From NCBI GenBank assembly GCA_049969675.1, contig JBMFOP010000002.1, forward strand, positions 758-64,757: a stretch of DNA of 64,000 nucleotides. Direction: 5' to 3'. Below are positions 1 through 9,750 of the stretch, piece by piece. The position numbers and the translations under genes were made by a program. The stretch's first letter is position 1, and each line of letters begins with the position of its first letter. The notes beneath the pieces were generated by a model, which did no database searches, had not been told where the DNA came from, and worked only from the letters and a program-made list of their open reading frames with translations. This DNA is from Myxococcota bacterium. Its GTDB lineage: Bacteria > Myxococcota > SpSt-1050.

Positions 1-560
1 AGGACCTTGACAGGATAATAGGACAGACGGTGGTGGTGAATCTCAAGGAAGGGGATCCACTTATGTGGTTTCACTTTCAGGAGAGCCACGGCTTTGAAAA
101 GCTCTCCAGTATTGTTCAGAAGAGGGGGAGGGCAATTACTGTTAGAGTCAATCAGGAGGCGGCGGTTGGAAACTGGATCAGGCCAAATGACCATGTGGAT
201 ATACTTGGGGCGTTTAGAGACCCATCCAGCAATAGTACCATTGTCTCCACACTTTTACAGAATATCCTTGTCCTTGCAACCGGGCGGATTACTCCAGCCT
301 CAAATATGAACCTGGTTCCAGAGAATGAGAGAAATTATGGGAATGTTACCTTATTGGTGCTGCCCGAGGAGGCTGAGATTATTCTTCTGGCACAGGAGAT
401 GGGGACGCTTTACTTAACTCTGAGAAATCCAGATGACCTCTCCCAGCAGGCAGAGCGAAAGAGGATCACTCTTGAGATGGTCATTCAGGGGGATCTGACC
501 AAAGATCTCGCCAGGATAAGGTCGGGGACATTTATTGAGGTGGTGAAGTCGGGTAGATGA
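1..560 (+). CDS. cpaB: Flp/Tad pilus assembly protein CpaB (RcpC family), 5'-truncated at window edge
   Basis: Reading frame is open from position 3. C-terminal RcpC/CpaB-like region recognised by eye (RAITVRVNQEAAVGNWIRPNDHVDILGA ... TLLQNILVLATG ... LLVLPEEAEIILLAQEMGTLYLTLRN). Stop overlaps the next gene start (ATGA). Confidence 0.55.
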   Translation, partial: DLDRIIGQTVVVNLKEGDPLMWFHFQESHGFEKLSSIVQKRGRAITVRVNQEAAVGNWIRPNDHVDILGAFRDPSSNSTIVSTLLQNILVLATGRITPASNMNLVPENERNYGNVTLLVLPEEAEIILLAQEMGTLYLTLRNPDDLSQQAERKRITLEMVIQGDLTKDLARIRSGTFIEVVKSGR

Positions 561-1399
561 GCGGAATTATATTCTTATTGATATTTGGCTCTGTCTTCTT
601 CCTCACACTTGTAGTCTATGATATTATGAGGAGCGGGATGCTGAAATATCAGGAGAAATATCTAAACCCGAAGATTGAAGATCTCTCAGATATGTTCCTC
701 TTTATTGACCCCAGGCAGATGATTCTTCTAAATCTCTCAATAATGGTGATAGGCTTTATAATAGGTATTCTCTTCTTTGGGTATATCATTACCGCTATAC
801 TTACAATACTTGGCTTCTTTACACCATCAATTCTGGTAAAATATTACTCTCAAAAAAGGGTGAGGATGTTCAATGAACAGCTCGTGGATGCACTTCAGAA
901 TATGTCAAATGCCTTAAAGGCTGGATTGAGCCTGCAACAGGCGATGGGGACTGTGGCACAGGACTTCCAACCTCCGATATCTCAGGAGTTTGGACTGGCA
1001 TTAAAGGAGATAAAGCTCGGTCTCTCTGTAGAGGAGGCGTTGAAGAATATGGGTGAGAGGGTAAGGTGTGAGGATCTGAACCTCTTTATTACCTCTACAA
1101 ATATTGCAAAGGCAATGGGTGGAAATCTCTCTGAGATGTTTGAAAATATTGCAAATACCATCAGACAGAGGTTCAGGATAGAAGGGAGAATAAAGGCGCT
1201 CACTGCACAGGGGAAACTTCAGGGGTTTATTATAGGAATAATGCCGATAGTAATCTGGTTTATTATGGATTGGATGAGGCCAGACCTTATGGAACCTATG
1301 CTAAGGCACTGGTTTGGATATGCACTGATTGGTGCCATTTTGTTTATGGAGATAATTGGGGCACTCATAATAAAAAGGATTGTGGATATTGATGTATAG
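557..1399 (+). CDS. tadB: Tad pilus inner-membrane platform protein TadB (single T2SSF domain)
   Basis: T2SSF-like core (LVDALQNMSNALKAGLSLQQAM ... EEALKNMGERV ... NIAKAMGGNLSEMFENIANTIRQR) flanked by TM segments. ~280 aa, typical of TadB. Confidence 0.6.
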   Translation: MSGIIFLLIFGSVFFLTLVVYDIMRSGMLKYQEKYLNPKIEDLSDMFLFIDPRQMILLNLSIMVIGFIIGILFFGYIITAILTILGFFTPSILVKYYSQKRVRMFNEQLVDALQNMSNALKAGLSLQQAMGTVAQDFQPPISQEFGLALKEIKLGLSVEEALKNMGERVRCEDLNLFITSTNIAKAMGGNLSEMFENIANTIRQRFRIEGRIKALTAQGKLQGFIIGIMPIVIWFIMDWMRPDLMEPMLRHWFGYALIGAILFMEIIGALIIKRIVDIDV

Positions 1400-1408
1400 G
1401 GTCTTTAT

Positions 1409-2290
1409 ATGGCAACAACAATAGTATTGATAATCTCTTCAATAGGTCTTGCAATAGCAGCTCTACTGCTCGTAATGGGTATTTATCGTAACTTTATTGA
1501 ACCGATGATTGAAGAGGCAAAGGAGTTAGATGAGGCCTCTCCCTCAAAGGGTCTAAAAAGATATATCTTCAACAGGATAATTGGTGTCAATAAGATCTTT
1601 ATTGGAGATGAGTATCTGAAGTATCTCAGAAGAAGACTGATTATGGCTGGGGAGCCGCGTGGACTTACTGCGGAGGACTTTATAGTCCTTCAGGAGTTGT
1701 GGGCAGTAGGAAGCTTTGTTTTCGGGATGATATTCTGTATACTTATTGGTGTAACTGTATTCTGGTCAATCTTATTTCTCATTGTAGGAGGAGTTTATCC
1801 CATTATATGGTTGAGGGATATGGTTTTGAAGCGGCATAGACTTATTACCAGGGCGCTTCCATACAATCTGGATCTGCTTACTCTATCTGTTGAGGCAGGT
1901 ATGGACTTTCAGGCGGCTGTCAGTAAGGTGGTAGAGAAGGGAATTCAGGGTCCACTTGTGGATGAACTAAATTATATGCTTTCGCTTCTAAAGGTAGGGA
2001 GGACGAGGGAAGAGGCTTTACGGATTATGGAGGAGAGGATTAATCTACCTGCTATAACATCTTTTGTGAATGCGCTCATTCAGGCTGACAGGATGGGAAC
2101 CAGTCTCGGGAAGGTATTGAGAATTCAGTCTGAGACACTACGTGAACAGAGGGCACAGAGGGCAGAGAAACTTGCACAGGAGGCACCGGTCAAGATGTTA
2201 TTCCCTCTTATTGTATTTATATTCCCAACGGTATTTATGGTCCTTTTTGGTCCCATAGTCTTTCAATTCTTTTTTGGTGAGGTCTTTTAA
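1409..2290 (+). CDS. tadC: Tad pilus inner-membrane platform protein TadC (single T2SSF domain)
   Basis: T2SSF-like core (LDLLTLSVEAGMDFQAAVSKVVEKG ... REEALRIMEERI ... ALIQADRMGTSLGKVLRIQSETLREQRAQRAEKLAQEAPVKMLFPL). N- and C-terminal TM segments. Confidence 0.6.
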   Translation: MATTIVLIISSIGLAIAALLLVMGIYRNFIEPMIEEAKELDEASPSKGLKRYIFNRIIGVNKIFIGDEYLKYLRRRLIMAGEPRGLTAEDFIVLQELWAVGSFVFGMIFCILIGVTVFWSILFLIVGGVYPIIWLRDMVLKRHRLITRALPYNLDLLTLSVEAGMDFQAAVSKVVEKGIQGPLVDELNYMLSLLKVGRTREEALRIMEERINLPAITSFVNALIQADRMGTSLGKVLRIQSETLREQRAQRAEKLAQEAPVKMLFPLIVFIFPTVFMVLFGPIVFQFFFGEVF

Positions 2291-3594
2291 TGGGATATAA
2301 GTTAAAGGTCATCAAGGGTTTTGCAAAGGATAAAGTCGTCTCGGTAGAGACAAATGAACTGACTATCGGTAGAACCGAGGAGAATATTCTGGTTATATTT
2401 GACCCCTCTGTCTCCAGAAAACATTCAATAATTAAGAAGGAGGGGACGGTTTTTAAGATAATTGATAGGGGTTCAAGAAATGGAACGCTTCTGAATGGTT
2501 CAGCCGTTGTAGAGGAGATCTTAAAGGACGGTGATACTTTTACAATTGGGAATACAACATTTAGATTTGGCTTCACTGAGAGTCTCTCAGACCAGATAAA
2601 TCAGGAACATACTCAGATACTCGCCCCGCCCCCAAAAAAGTCAAAGGGGAAGGGTGGTCCTGTGGCAAAATCGGAGGTGGCAATAGAGCCCGCAATAGAT
2701 AATGGTCCTGTTTCACCGGCTAAAATCTCTAATGATGTAAACAATAGTAAGAGCAGACTGCTTCCAAGGCTTTTAGTAGGTGCAGGCGCTTTTTTTTTAT
2801 TGCTTTTACTCTTCTTTATCGTCCGTTCAATCTCCTCAGACAAAGGGGGTAATGTAAAGGATCAATCATCTATGGTTTTTGACCTCTCTCCTACATATTT
2901 TGATAAGAAGTTTGGTTACAAAGAGGTAGATTACCAGTGTATAAAGGGGTGCCAGTTTGCCTTTGAACCGAGTGACAACAAACTATTTTTGAGTTTCTCC
3001 GCTTATGGGATATATAACCATAATGATCTGGTGATAGAGGTAAATGGGAGCGAGATTGGCTCTGTCCCTGTCACTGGCAAGAATCTTCTGAGAGGAATCA
3101 GTGTAATGATACCACGGGAGTTGCTCTCAAAGGATGAGAATATCATAGTCTTCAGGTACAAAGGCAATATAGAGAAGATGAATCCGTGGTATATCACCTT
3201 TGTCAAGATTAATCAGGAGGTAATTCCAGAACCTGATGTGGATAAGGCGAAGGAGTTGATAGAACTTGGTTACAATAAATATAGAGAGAAGAACATTGAA
3301 CCAAAGAATCTCTATCTTGCACTCTCATATTTTCTACAGGCGAGGGATTATATGGAGAAGCTCCCTTCCAAGCCACAACTCTATTCTGAGGTTCTGGAGC
3401 AGATTAAGGGGATCAATAAAGAACTTCAGGCTATATATGACAAACTGATGTTCTCAGTCTCAAAGGCAATAAATGATCAGGACTATAAGAAGGCTTATGA
3501 ACTATTAAATGATGTCCTAAAATATTTTCCAGATGCAGATGATATCAGAAATAGAGAGGCAAAGCAGATGATACAAAACCTTAGTGAAGGGTAA
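2290..3594 (+). CDS. FHA-domain membrane protein (N-terminal FHA, central TM, C-terminal extracytoplasmic domain)
   Basis: FHA signature LTIGRTEENILVIFDPSVSRKHSIIKKEGTVFKIIDRGSRNGTLLNG. Hydrophobic stretch LLPRLLVGAGAFFLLLLLFFIV. Start overlaps tadC stop (TAATG). Confidence 0.6.
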   Translation: MGYKLKVIKGFAKDKVVSVETNELTIGRTEENILVIFDPSVSRKHSIIKKEGTVFKIIDRGSRNGTLLNGSAVVEEILKDGDTFTIGNTTFRFGFTESLSDQINQEHTQILAPPPKKSKGKGGPVAKSEVAIEPAIDNGPVSPAKISNDVNNSKSRLLPRLLVGAGAFFLLLLLFFIVRSISSDKGGNVKDQSSMVFDLSPTYFDKKFGYKEVDYQCIKGCQFAFEPSDNKLFLSFSAYGIYNHNDLVIEVNGSEIGSVPVTGKNLLRGISVMIPRELLSKDENIIVFRYKGNIEKMNPWYITFVKINQEVIPEPDVDKAKELIELGYNKYREKNIEPKNLYLALSYFLQARDYMEKLPSKPQLYSEVLEQIKGINKELQAIYDKLMFSVSKAINDQDYKKAYELLNDVLKYFPDADDIRNREAKQMIQNLSEG

Positions 3595-3605
3595 GGGGAT
3601 AAGAG

Positions 3606-5639
3606 ATGGTAAAGAAACCACCAAAAAAAGGCAATGATGAGCTTGAATTTCTGGATGATAACTCACTTGATGAGGAGTTTATTGAGGTAGAGGAAGAGGG
3701 AATTGCGAAAGAGGATAAGACTGTGCCGAGGGCAAAGATTCCTCAGCCAGTCAGACCGATAGAGCCGGTAAAAGAGATTCCACCCCCTGTTCCAACTCCT
3801 CCTCCCCCTCCGAAGAAACCCGTAGTCAAAGAGGTAGTCTTTACAGAAGGTCCTTTATCACCTGTCAACCCCAAAGAGATGCTTATCTCCTCACCCACCT
3901 CCGATACACTTATCAGCACAATATCTGAAAATCTCACTGGCTTCAAGTTGATATTCTTTGATGGACCCAATATGGGCGAGGAGTATTCACTGGATAAGAA
4001 TATTATAACCCTTGGTAGAGGAGCCGATAACGATATTGTGATAAGAGATGTCTCCGTCTCCAGAAGGCACGCTGAGATATCCCGTGACCTCGGGCAGATA
4101 ACTATCAGGGACCTCGGCTCCGGTAATGGTGTGGTCTTAAATGATGAGAGGATTACTGAAAAGGCACTCTCGTCAGGCGATGTTATTAAACTCGGTAACA
4201 CCAGAATTAGATTCGTTGCAGTCTATGATATTTATACCACAGATACCGAACAGGCTTGGATAGGGGAGAAGGTAGCAAAACCAAGGGTAGTAGAGGCTGT
4301 CTCGGGTGGTCAGACATCACCCACTGCAAAGATCCCTCCGCAGAGGGCGGCCGTTGCCGCAAAACCTTCAGAGGGGAAGAAGCCGATACTTTTATATGCG
4401 GCTGTTATGTTTGCACTATTTGTTGTACTTCTTATCTTTGTAAAGTTTGTAATCCTGACCCCTGAGGAGGAGGGTGCAAAAACATCTACTAAAAAGGGGC
4501 AGGTGATATCAGATGATAAAGCCCTTGAGGCACAGAAGCTCCTTGAGGATGGTATTGAGAATTATAAGAAGAAGGACTTCAAGACGGCGCAGGAGAAATT
4601 TGTAGCTGCACTCGCCCTCGACCCCAACAACAGGAGGGCACAACAATATAAGAGCAGGAGTGAAGAGGAGTTAATAAATAAAAATTACCTTGACTCTGCC
4701 AAAGAATTTATGAGCAAGGATTCACCAAAAGGTGCACTTGAGGTCTTAAAGAAGATCTCACCTGAGTCGGTCTTTTACAATGATGCACAAACTATTGTCC
4801 GTTCTGCCACCAGTAGATATATAACACAATTGACTGAGACGGCACAGAAACAGATGGAGGAGAAGAGTTATCAGAATGCCCTTGAGTCAGTTCAGGAGAT
4901 ACTCTCTCTGGATCCGAGTGATTCTAAGGCGCTGGATATGAAGGCTCAGATTGAAAAGGGTCTTGCCTCCTCTACAAAGAAGGAGAAGGAGTCTGCTCAT
5001 AAGACCACTATGGCCGCAAAGGTAAAGAAGGAGACTGTGGAAGAGGAAGAGAGTTCATCAAAGACGATATCTGCGCCGGGTCCGGTAGCGAATAAGGCGG
5101 TGCAGATGTTTAAGGATGGAAATGTAGATGGAGCGGTGCAGACGATTGAGTCTTCCGACGCAGCATCCAATCCAAAGGTGCAGAAGCTCTTACAGAACTT
5201 GAAGGCATTTGCCCAGCTATATCCCGAGGGGGCTGCGGCCTATAAGGCGAAGAAGGATACTGCTATATCTGCCCTTGAACGTTCATATTCCATTGCAAAA
5301 TCTATTGCGCCGGGCAAAGACAACAAGTACCTCTCTGATATCTCAAAGATGCTCTCTGATATGTATACCTACAAAGGGATCAAGGACTTTTATAAAGAGG
5401 ACTACTTCTCTGCCATTGAGAATCTTCAGAAGGCATTAAAACTAAACCCCGAGAATGAGGCTGCCAGGAAGAAGATGGCGGAGATGGGCAATGTCGCACA
5501 GAGGCTCTTTGAAGAGGCATATGTCTTGAAGAATGCGGACCCTGAGGCGGCAAAGAAGAAATTTAAGGTAATACTAAAGATCGCACCACCTGATTCAGAA
5601 TTTTATAAGAAGGCAAAGGAATGGTTGACAAAGTTATAA
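3606..5639 (+). CDS. FHA-domain / Pro-rich / TM / TPR-repeat protein
   Basis: FHA signature ITLGRGADNDIVIRDVSVSRRHAEISRDLGQITIRDLGSGNGVVLNDERI. Pro-rich linker (PPPVPTPPPPPKKP). TM (LLYAAVMFALFVVLLIFV). C-terminal TPR-like repeats (QEKFVAALALDPNN..., LQKALKLNPENEAA...). Confidence 0.6.
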   Translation: MVKKPPKKGNDELEFLDDNSLDEEFIEVEEEGIAKEDKTVPRAKIPQPVRPIEPVKEIPPPVPTPPPPPKKPVVKEVVFTEGPLSPVNPKEMLISSPTSDTLISTISENLTGFKLIFFDGPNMGEEYSLDKNIITLGRGADNDIVIRDVSVSRRHAEISRDLGQITIRDLGSGNGVVLNDERITEKALSSGDVIKLGNTRIRFVAVYDIYTTDTEQAWIGEKVAKPRVVEAVSGGQTSPTAKIPPQRAAVAAKPSEGKKPILLYAAVMFALFVVLLIFVKFVILTPEEEGAKTSTKKGQVISDDKALEAQKLLEDGIENYKKKDFKTAQEKFVAALALDPNNRRAQQYKSRSEEELINKNYLDSAKEFMSKDSPKGALEVLKKISPESVFYNDAQTIVRSATSRYITQLTETAQKQMEEKSYQNALESVQEILSLDPSDSKALDMKAQIEKGLASSTKKEKESAHKTTMAAKVKKETVEEEESSSKTISAPGPVANKAVQMFKDGNVDGAVQTIESSDAASNPKVQKLLQNLKAFAQLYPEGAAAYKAKKDTAISALERSYSIAKSIAPGKDNKYLSDISKMLSDMYTYKGIKDFYKEDYFSAIENLQKALKLNPENEAARKKMAEMGNVAQRLFEEAYVLKNADPEAAKKKFKVILKIAPPDSEFYKKAKEWLTKL

Positions 5640-6232
5640 ATTACAAATCATTGAGTGATAATGAACTTGTAACTCTGATAAGGGATAAGGATTACGCCGC
5701 CTTTGAGGAGATTGTAGAGAGATATTCTCCAAAGGCTATGAGGCTTGCTCTTAAAATAACTAAAAACAGGGAGGACGCGCAGGATGTCCTTCAGGATACC
5801 TTTGTGAGTATATATAAAAACATAGAGAGTTTTAGAGGTGATTCAGCGCTCTCAAGCTGGATATACAGGATATGCACAAATTTTGCACTGATGAAACTCA
5901 GAGGGAAGAAGGTGGAGAATCAGTCAGATTCTATGGATGAAAATCCAAATATGGATATAGAGAGACTCGCCGAGCATTCACACTCAGAAAATGATTGGTC
6001 TGAGAGGGCGGATAGATTACTTTTGAAGAAGGAGTTGAGGGAGAAGATAGATAAGGCTATTGATATGTTACCCGATGAATACAGGATTGTCTTTATTATG
6101 AAAGATGTAGATGGTATGTCCAATGAGGAGATATCAAAGGAGCTGAATCTTTCAATCCCTGCTGTTAAATCCCGTCTCCATCGGGCGAGATTATTTTTAC
6201 GGAGGGAGATATCAAAATATCTTGATGAGTGA
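5621..6232 (+). CDS. ECF-type RNA polymerase sigma factor (sigma-70 family, sigma-24-like)
   Basis: Region-2 motif (AQDVLQDTFVSIYKNIESFRGDSALSSWIYRICTNFALMKLR). Region-4 HTH (LPDEYRIVFIMKDVDGMSNEEISKELNLSIPAVKSRLHRARLFLRREI). Confidence 0.8.
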   Translation: MVDKVINYKSLSDNELVTLIRDKDYAAFEEIVERYSPKAMRLALKITKNREDAQDVLQDTFVSIYKNIESFRGDSALSSWIYRICTNFALMKLRGKKVENQSDSMDENPNMDIERLAEHSHSENDWSERADRLLLKKELREKIDKAIDMLPDEYRIVFIMKDVDGMSNEEISKELNLSIPAVKSRLHRARLFLRREISKYLDE

Positions 6233-6280
6233 ATCCTTTATGAATTCTAATCGTCTAAATACTACGAGAGGTCTTCCAAG

Positions 6281-6511
6281 ATGAGATGTAAGGAGGTAGT
6301 GGAACTACTTTGTGATTATCTGGAAGGAGAACTTCCAGAGGATCTTAAAAAAGAGCTTGAGGAACATTTCAATATGTGCAAGCCCTGTATAAAATTTCTA
6401 AGAACATATTCTGCTACCTCAAAGATATGCAGGCAGGTAATAGAGGAGAATCTGGACGAAGAGTGTGTTGAAGAGCTGAAAAAATTCCTCAGGAAAAAAC
6501 TATCAACTTGA
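6281..6511 (+). CDS. Putative zinc-binding anti-sigma factor (ZAS family)
   Basis: 76 aa, immediately downstream of the ECF sigma gene. Contains an H-x3-C-x2-C motif (HFNMCKPC), the ZAS signature. Starts with a Cys-containing N-terminus (MRCKEVVELLCDY). Confidence 0.5.
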   Translation: MRCKEVVELLCDYLEGELPEDLKKELEEHFNMCKPCIKFLRTYSATSKICRQVIEENLDEECVEELKKFLRKKLST

Positions 6512-6539
6512 CAAATATCTATTTTTATGTGAGTAAAAT
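6508..6539 (+). promoter_or_regulatory. Putative sigma70-type promoter for rpmH-rnpA-yidD-yidC
   Basis: TTGACA at 6508-6513 and TAAAAT at 6534-6539. Spacer is ~20 nt (longer than ideal). SD AAGGAG at 6574-6579 precedes the rpmH GTG start. Confidence 0.3.
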
Positions 6540-6588
6540 TGGTCTGTTTTTATTCTATTAACTATTTTGGAATAAGGAGCGATTATCT

Positions 6589-6738
6589 GTGAAAAGGACA
6601 TTTCAACCACACAACAAGAGTAGAAGAAGGACTCATGGATTTCTTTTGAGGATGTCTAGTAAGAGTGGTCAGGATATATTGAGAAGAAGGAGACGAAAGG
6701 GAAGAAAGAGATTAAGTGTCACGAGTTATGAGAAATAA
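6589..6738 (+). CDS. rpmH: 50S ribosomal protein L34
   Basis: Not in the ORF track (49 aa). GTG start with an AAGGAG SD. Translation [44 protein letters not shown] matches the L34 consensus (MKRTFQPS...RxHGFRxRM...GRxVLxxRRxKGRKxL). Followed by rnpA as in most bacteria. Confidence 0.8.
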   Translation: MKRTFQPHNKSRRRTHGFLLRMSSKSGQDILRRRRRKGRKRLSVTSYEK

Positions 6739-6757
6739 GAGAGAGCAGTAGTAGATT

Positions 6758-7099
6758 TTGAGGGAATCTTTTCCGCAATGTCTAAGGATTTCAACAAAGA
6801 GAGATATACAACTATTAAAAGATTCTGACAGGAAGCTAAAAGGAAAATATGTCGTTATCATATACAGAGAGAACGGATTGGATTTTGCAAGACTGCTTCC
6901 GGTTGTCTCTTCAAAAGTCGGAAATGCTGTTATGCGAAATAGAATAAAGAGAAAAATTAGAGAGGTCTTTAGAAAGAGGGTCAAATCTTTATCTGGTTAT
7001 GACCTTATGATTATTGCAAAGAGGCTGGCGGCTGGTGCTGTATATTCTGAATTGGAGATTGATATCCTGAAGACATTAGAGCCCATCATAGATGAGTGA
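6758..7099 (+). CDS. rnpA: Ribonuclease P protein component
   Basis: TTG start. RNR-type basic motif ([18 protein letters not shown]). Conserved position between rpmH and yidD. Confidence 0.7.
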   Translation: MRESFPQCLRISTKRDIQLLKDSDRKLKGKYVVIIYRENGLDFARLLPVVSSKVGNAVMRNRIKRKIREVFRKRVKSLSGYDLMIIAKRLAAGAVYSELEIDILKTLEPIIDE

Positions 7100-7316
7100 T
7101 TTTATGGTGAGATGGCTAATCTACTTTATCAGGCTCTATCAGAGGTTTGTATCACCTATGCTTCCACCAGTTTGTAGATTTCATCCTACCTGCTCTGAAT
7201 ATACTGTTGAGGCATTAAGGGAATATGGCCTATTCAGGGGTGGACTACTCGGGATATATCGTATCTTAAGATGTAATCCGTTTTCAAGAGGCGGATATGA
7301 CCCCGTGAGGAAATAA
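7092..7316 (+). CDS. yidD: Membrane protein insertion efficiency factor YidD
   Basis: Signature [61 protein letters not shown]. Confidence 0.8.
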   Translation: MSDFMVRWLIYFIRLYQRFVSPMLPPVCRFHPTCSEYTVEALREYGLFRGGLLGIYRILRCNPFSRGGYDPVRK

Positions 7317-9001
7317 TGGATTCAAGTGCAGCAAGGACATTTCTGGCGATAGCACTCTCAATGGCGGTTATACTTCTGTGGCAGATGTATATAGCAAAGA
7401 CTCATCCCCCTCGTATGCTGGATGCCTCATATTCCGATGCATCAGATAATTCATTGCCTAATCAGACGGAGGAGAAGTCCTCAACCGATGAGGTTAAGGC
7501 CTCAGATGATTCAAATAAAGTTAATAAAAACGAACCCTCTGATGGGAGTGCTATAGAATATGAGGAGAAGACGGTATCTTTAAGCAACAATCTATTTAAT
7601 GCGGTATTTACAAATAGAGGTGGAAGACTAAAGGAATTTACACTTAAAAAGTATTATCTCCCCCACGCTAAAGATAAAAATGTTAATCTTGTGCATGACA
7701 GTAGTGATACTTTATCATTTCTCCTCAACAATAAATTGTATAGATTCTCAGGCGACGATAGATACGATTTTATATCTGTCTCAGAGAGGCAACTGGTGTT
7801 GGAGTTTCTACACCCTGATGGGATATTAATTACAAAAGAGTATTCAATAGTTGGCGATTATGAGCTTGCCCTTAAAATTACCGTTACGAATAAATCTGAA
7901 AAAGAGTTCACCTTTAAACCTGAGCTCGTCCTGTCAGATTATGCATTGAAGGGTGGATTGGGCACGAATGAACTTAAGAGCAGTCTTATGGAATACTATT
8001 ACCCGCTCTGTCTTGCAAACGAGTCATTACTTGATGGGCTTGAACTCAAAAAAGGTCCTATCTCCAAATCTCAGGAGGGTAGTATTGGCTGGATTGCCTC
8101 TACATCAAGATATTTTATATCAGCAGTTATTCCAGTAGAGCAGAAGGTCTCACTCTGTAGATTCTCCTCAAACAATAATTATTATTTTACCGCATCACTT
8201 CTCTATCCCGAACGGAAGATTGAAAAGGGAAACAAAACCACCATCTCTTACAGGCTCTACTTCGGTCCAAAAGGATACTCAATGCTTAAAAAGGTCGGCT
8301 CTGACCTCAATCGCTCTGTGGATTTTGGCTGGCTTGCAGTTCTCTGTATCCCACTGTTATATCTTCTCAACCTCTTTAATTCATTTGTCCACAATTACGG
8401 GATTTCAATAATAATCCTTACTGTTATTGTAAAACTCATATCCATTCCATTTACACAGAAATCTATGAAATCTATGCAGGAGCTCCAGAAGATAAAGCCG
8501 AAGATGGATGAGATTCAGAAAAAGTATAAGGACAATAAGGAGAAGCTTAATGAGGAGATGATGAGGCTTTATAGAGAGCATGGTGTATCTCCATTTGGTG
8601 GCTGTCTCCCTATGATATTGCAGATGCCAATATGGTTTGCTCTCTACAGGATGCTTTCAAATTCTGTAGAATTATATCAGGCGGCATTTATCCCGGGCTG
8701 GATAAATGACCTCTCATCCAAGGACCCATATTATATACTGCCGGTGCTACTTGGTGTTGGGACATATCTACAGCAGAGGCTGACCCCTTCTACAATGGAT
8801 AGCACTCAGGCAAAGGTGATGTTGTATTTTATGCCCATATTTTTGACATTTATTATGATTTCGTTGCCATCAGGGCTTACATTATACATTTTTGTAAGTT
8901 CAATATTGTCAATTATTCATCAAATTTATATGAATAAGACAGGTCAGAGTAATCAAATCAACAAAAATCAAACCAAAAGCTTACGGGAGGAGCAAAAGTG
9001 A
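7316..9001 (+). CDS. yidC: Membrane protein insertase YidC
   Basis: N-terminal TM, large periplasmic domain, C-terminal 5-TM core with YidC motifs (GISIIILTVIVKLISIPFTQKSMKSMQELQKIKP ... GCLPMILQMPIWFALYRML). Start overlaps yidD stop. Confidence 0.85.
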   Translation: MDSSAARTFLAIALSMAVILLWQMYIAKTHPPRMLDASYSDASDNSLPNQTEEKSSTDEVKASDDSNKVNKNEPSDGSAIEYEEKTVSLSNNLFNAVFTNRGGRLKEFTLKKYYLPHAKDKNVNLVHDSSDTLSFLLNNKLYRFSGDDRYDFISVSERQLVLEFLHPDGILITKEYSIVGDYELALKITVTNKSEKEFTFKPELVLSDYALKGGLGTNELKSSLMEYYYPLCLANESLLDGLELKKGPISKSQEGSIGWIASTSRYFISAVIPVEQKVSLCRFSSNNNYYFTASLLYPERKIEKGNKTTISYRLYFGPKGYSMLKKVGSDLNRSVDFGWLAVLCIPLLYLLNLFNSFVHNYGISIIILTVIVKLISIPFTQKSMKSMQELQKIKPKMDEIQKKYKDNKEKLNEEMMRLYREHGVSPFGGCLPMILQMPIWFALYRMLSNSVELYQAAFIPGWINDLSSKDPYYILPVLLGVGTYLQQRLTPSTMDSTQAKVMLYFMPIFLTFIMISLPSGLTLYIFVSSILSIIHQIYMNKTGQSNQINKNQTKSLREEQK

Positions 9002-9750
9002 GTAATTTCTCAAAGAGACAATTTGAAGGAAAGACACTTGAAGAGGCTATTGAGAGGGCGGAGAAGGAACTCGGACTCTCAAAGGATAAGTTCATCTATG
9101 ATATTCTACGGGAGTCAGGTGGGGTTTTTGGCTTCGGCCAGAAGGTAGTAATTGAGGTGAGTCCAAGACCGGCTGATGTTAATGAAGAGGAGATTGAGAG
9201 AGGTGGTGAGGTCAAAGGGAATTCTCCATCCAATGGAAATGTGCAGAAGAAGATGCTGGAATTCTTTGAAGGGTTGCTTGAGAGGTTGAATGAGAGTGGT
9301 AAGATTGAGATTACTGAGGAGGATAGAAAGATTATAGTCAGGGCGGCGCTTGATGAGGGCTCAATCTTTCTGAACAGAAAGGGACATACCATTGACTCAA
9401 TAAAGCATCTTCTGAGCCTCATCGCCATAAGAGAGGGGGCTATAGGCAAGAGAGTAAGTATATTTATAGCCGAAAAACCATCTGATTCAAATCTTGATCT
9501 GGTAGAGATGGCAAAGGAGATTAAAGAGAAGGTAGAGCAACACCACAGGACAATTGCATTGGGTGGGATGGATTCAAAGACGCGAAAGGTATTTCATTCT
9601 GCCCTCGGGAGAGACCCAAATATTACTACTTATTCTGAGGGAGAAGGTGCAAATAGAAAACTCTATGTGGAGAAGAGGGGAAGGATAAATAGCCATCACA
9701 ACAGACAATATATTAAGAGGAATAATAGAGGAGGTAAGAGACATGAATAA
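8998..9750 (+). CDS. khpB: Jag/KhpB-like RNA-binding protein (Jag_N, KH, R3H domains)
   Basis: Conserved position after yidC. GTG start overlapping yidC stop. C-terminal R3H-like segment (TIALGGMDSKTRKVFHSALGRDPNITTYSEGEGANRKLYVEKR). Confidence 0.65.
   Translation: MSNFSKRQFEGKTLEEAIERAEKELGLSKDKFIYDILRESGGVFGFGQKVVIEVSPRPADVNEEEIERGGEVKGNSPSNGNVQKKMLEFFEGLLERLNESGKIEITEEDRKIIVRAALDEGSIFLNRKGHTIDSIKHLLSLIAIREGAIGKRVSIFIAEKPSDSNLDLVEMAKEIKEKVEQHHRTIALGGMDSKTRKVFHSALGRDPNITTYSEGEGANRKLYVEKRGRINSHHNRQYIKRNNRGGKRHE

Noticed and set aside
94-309. 71-aa plus-strand ORF inside cpaB in another frame
   Set aside because: It is fully embedded in the CpaB-like gene and has no supporting features.
5209-5439. 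76-aa Arg/Leu-rich ORF inside the FHA-TPR gene
   Set aside because: It is off-frame within a well-supported coding region.
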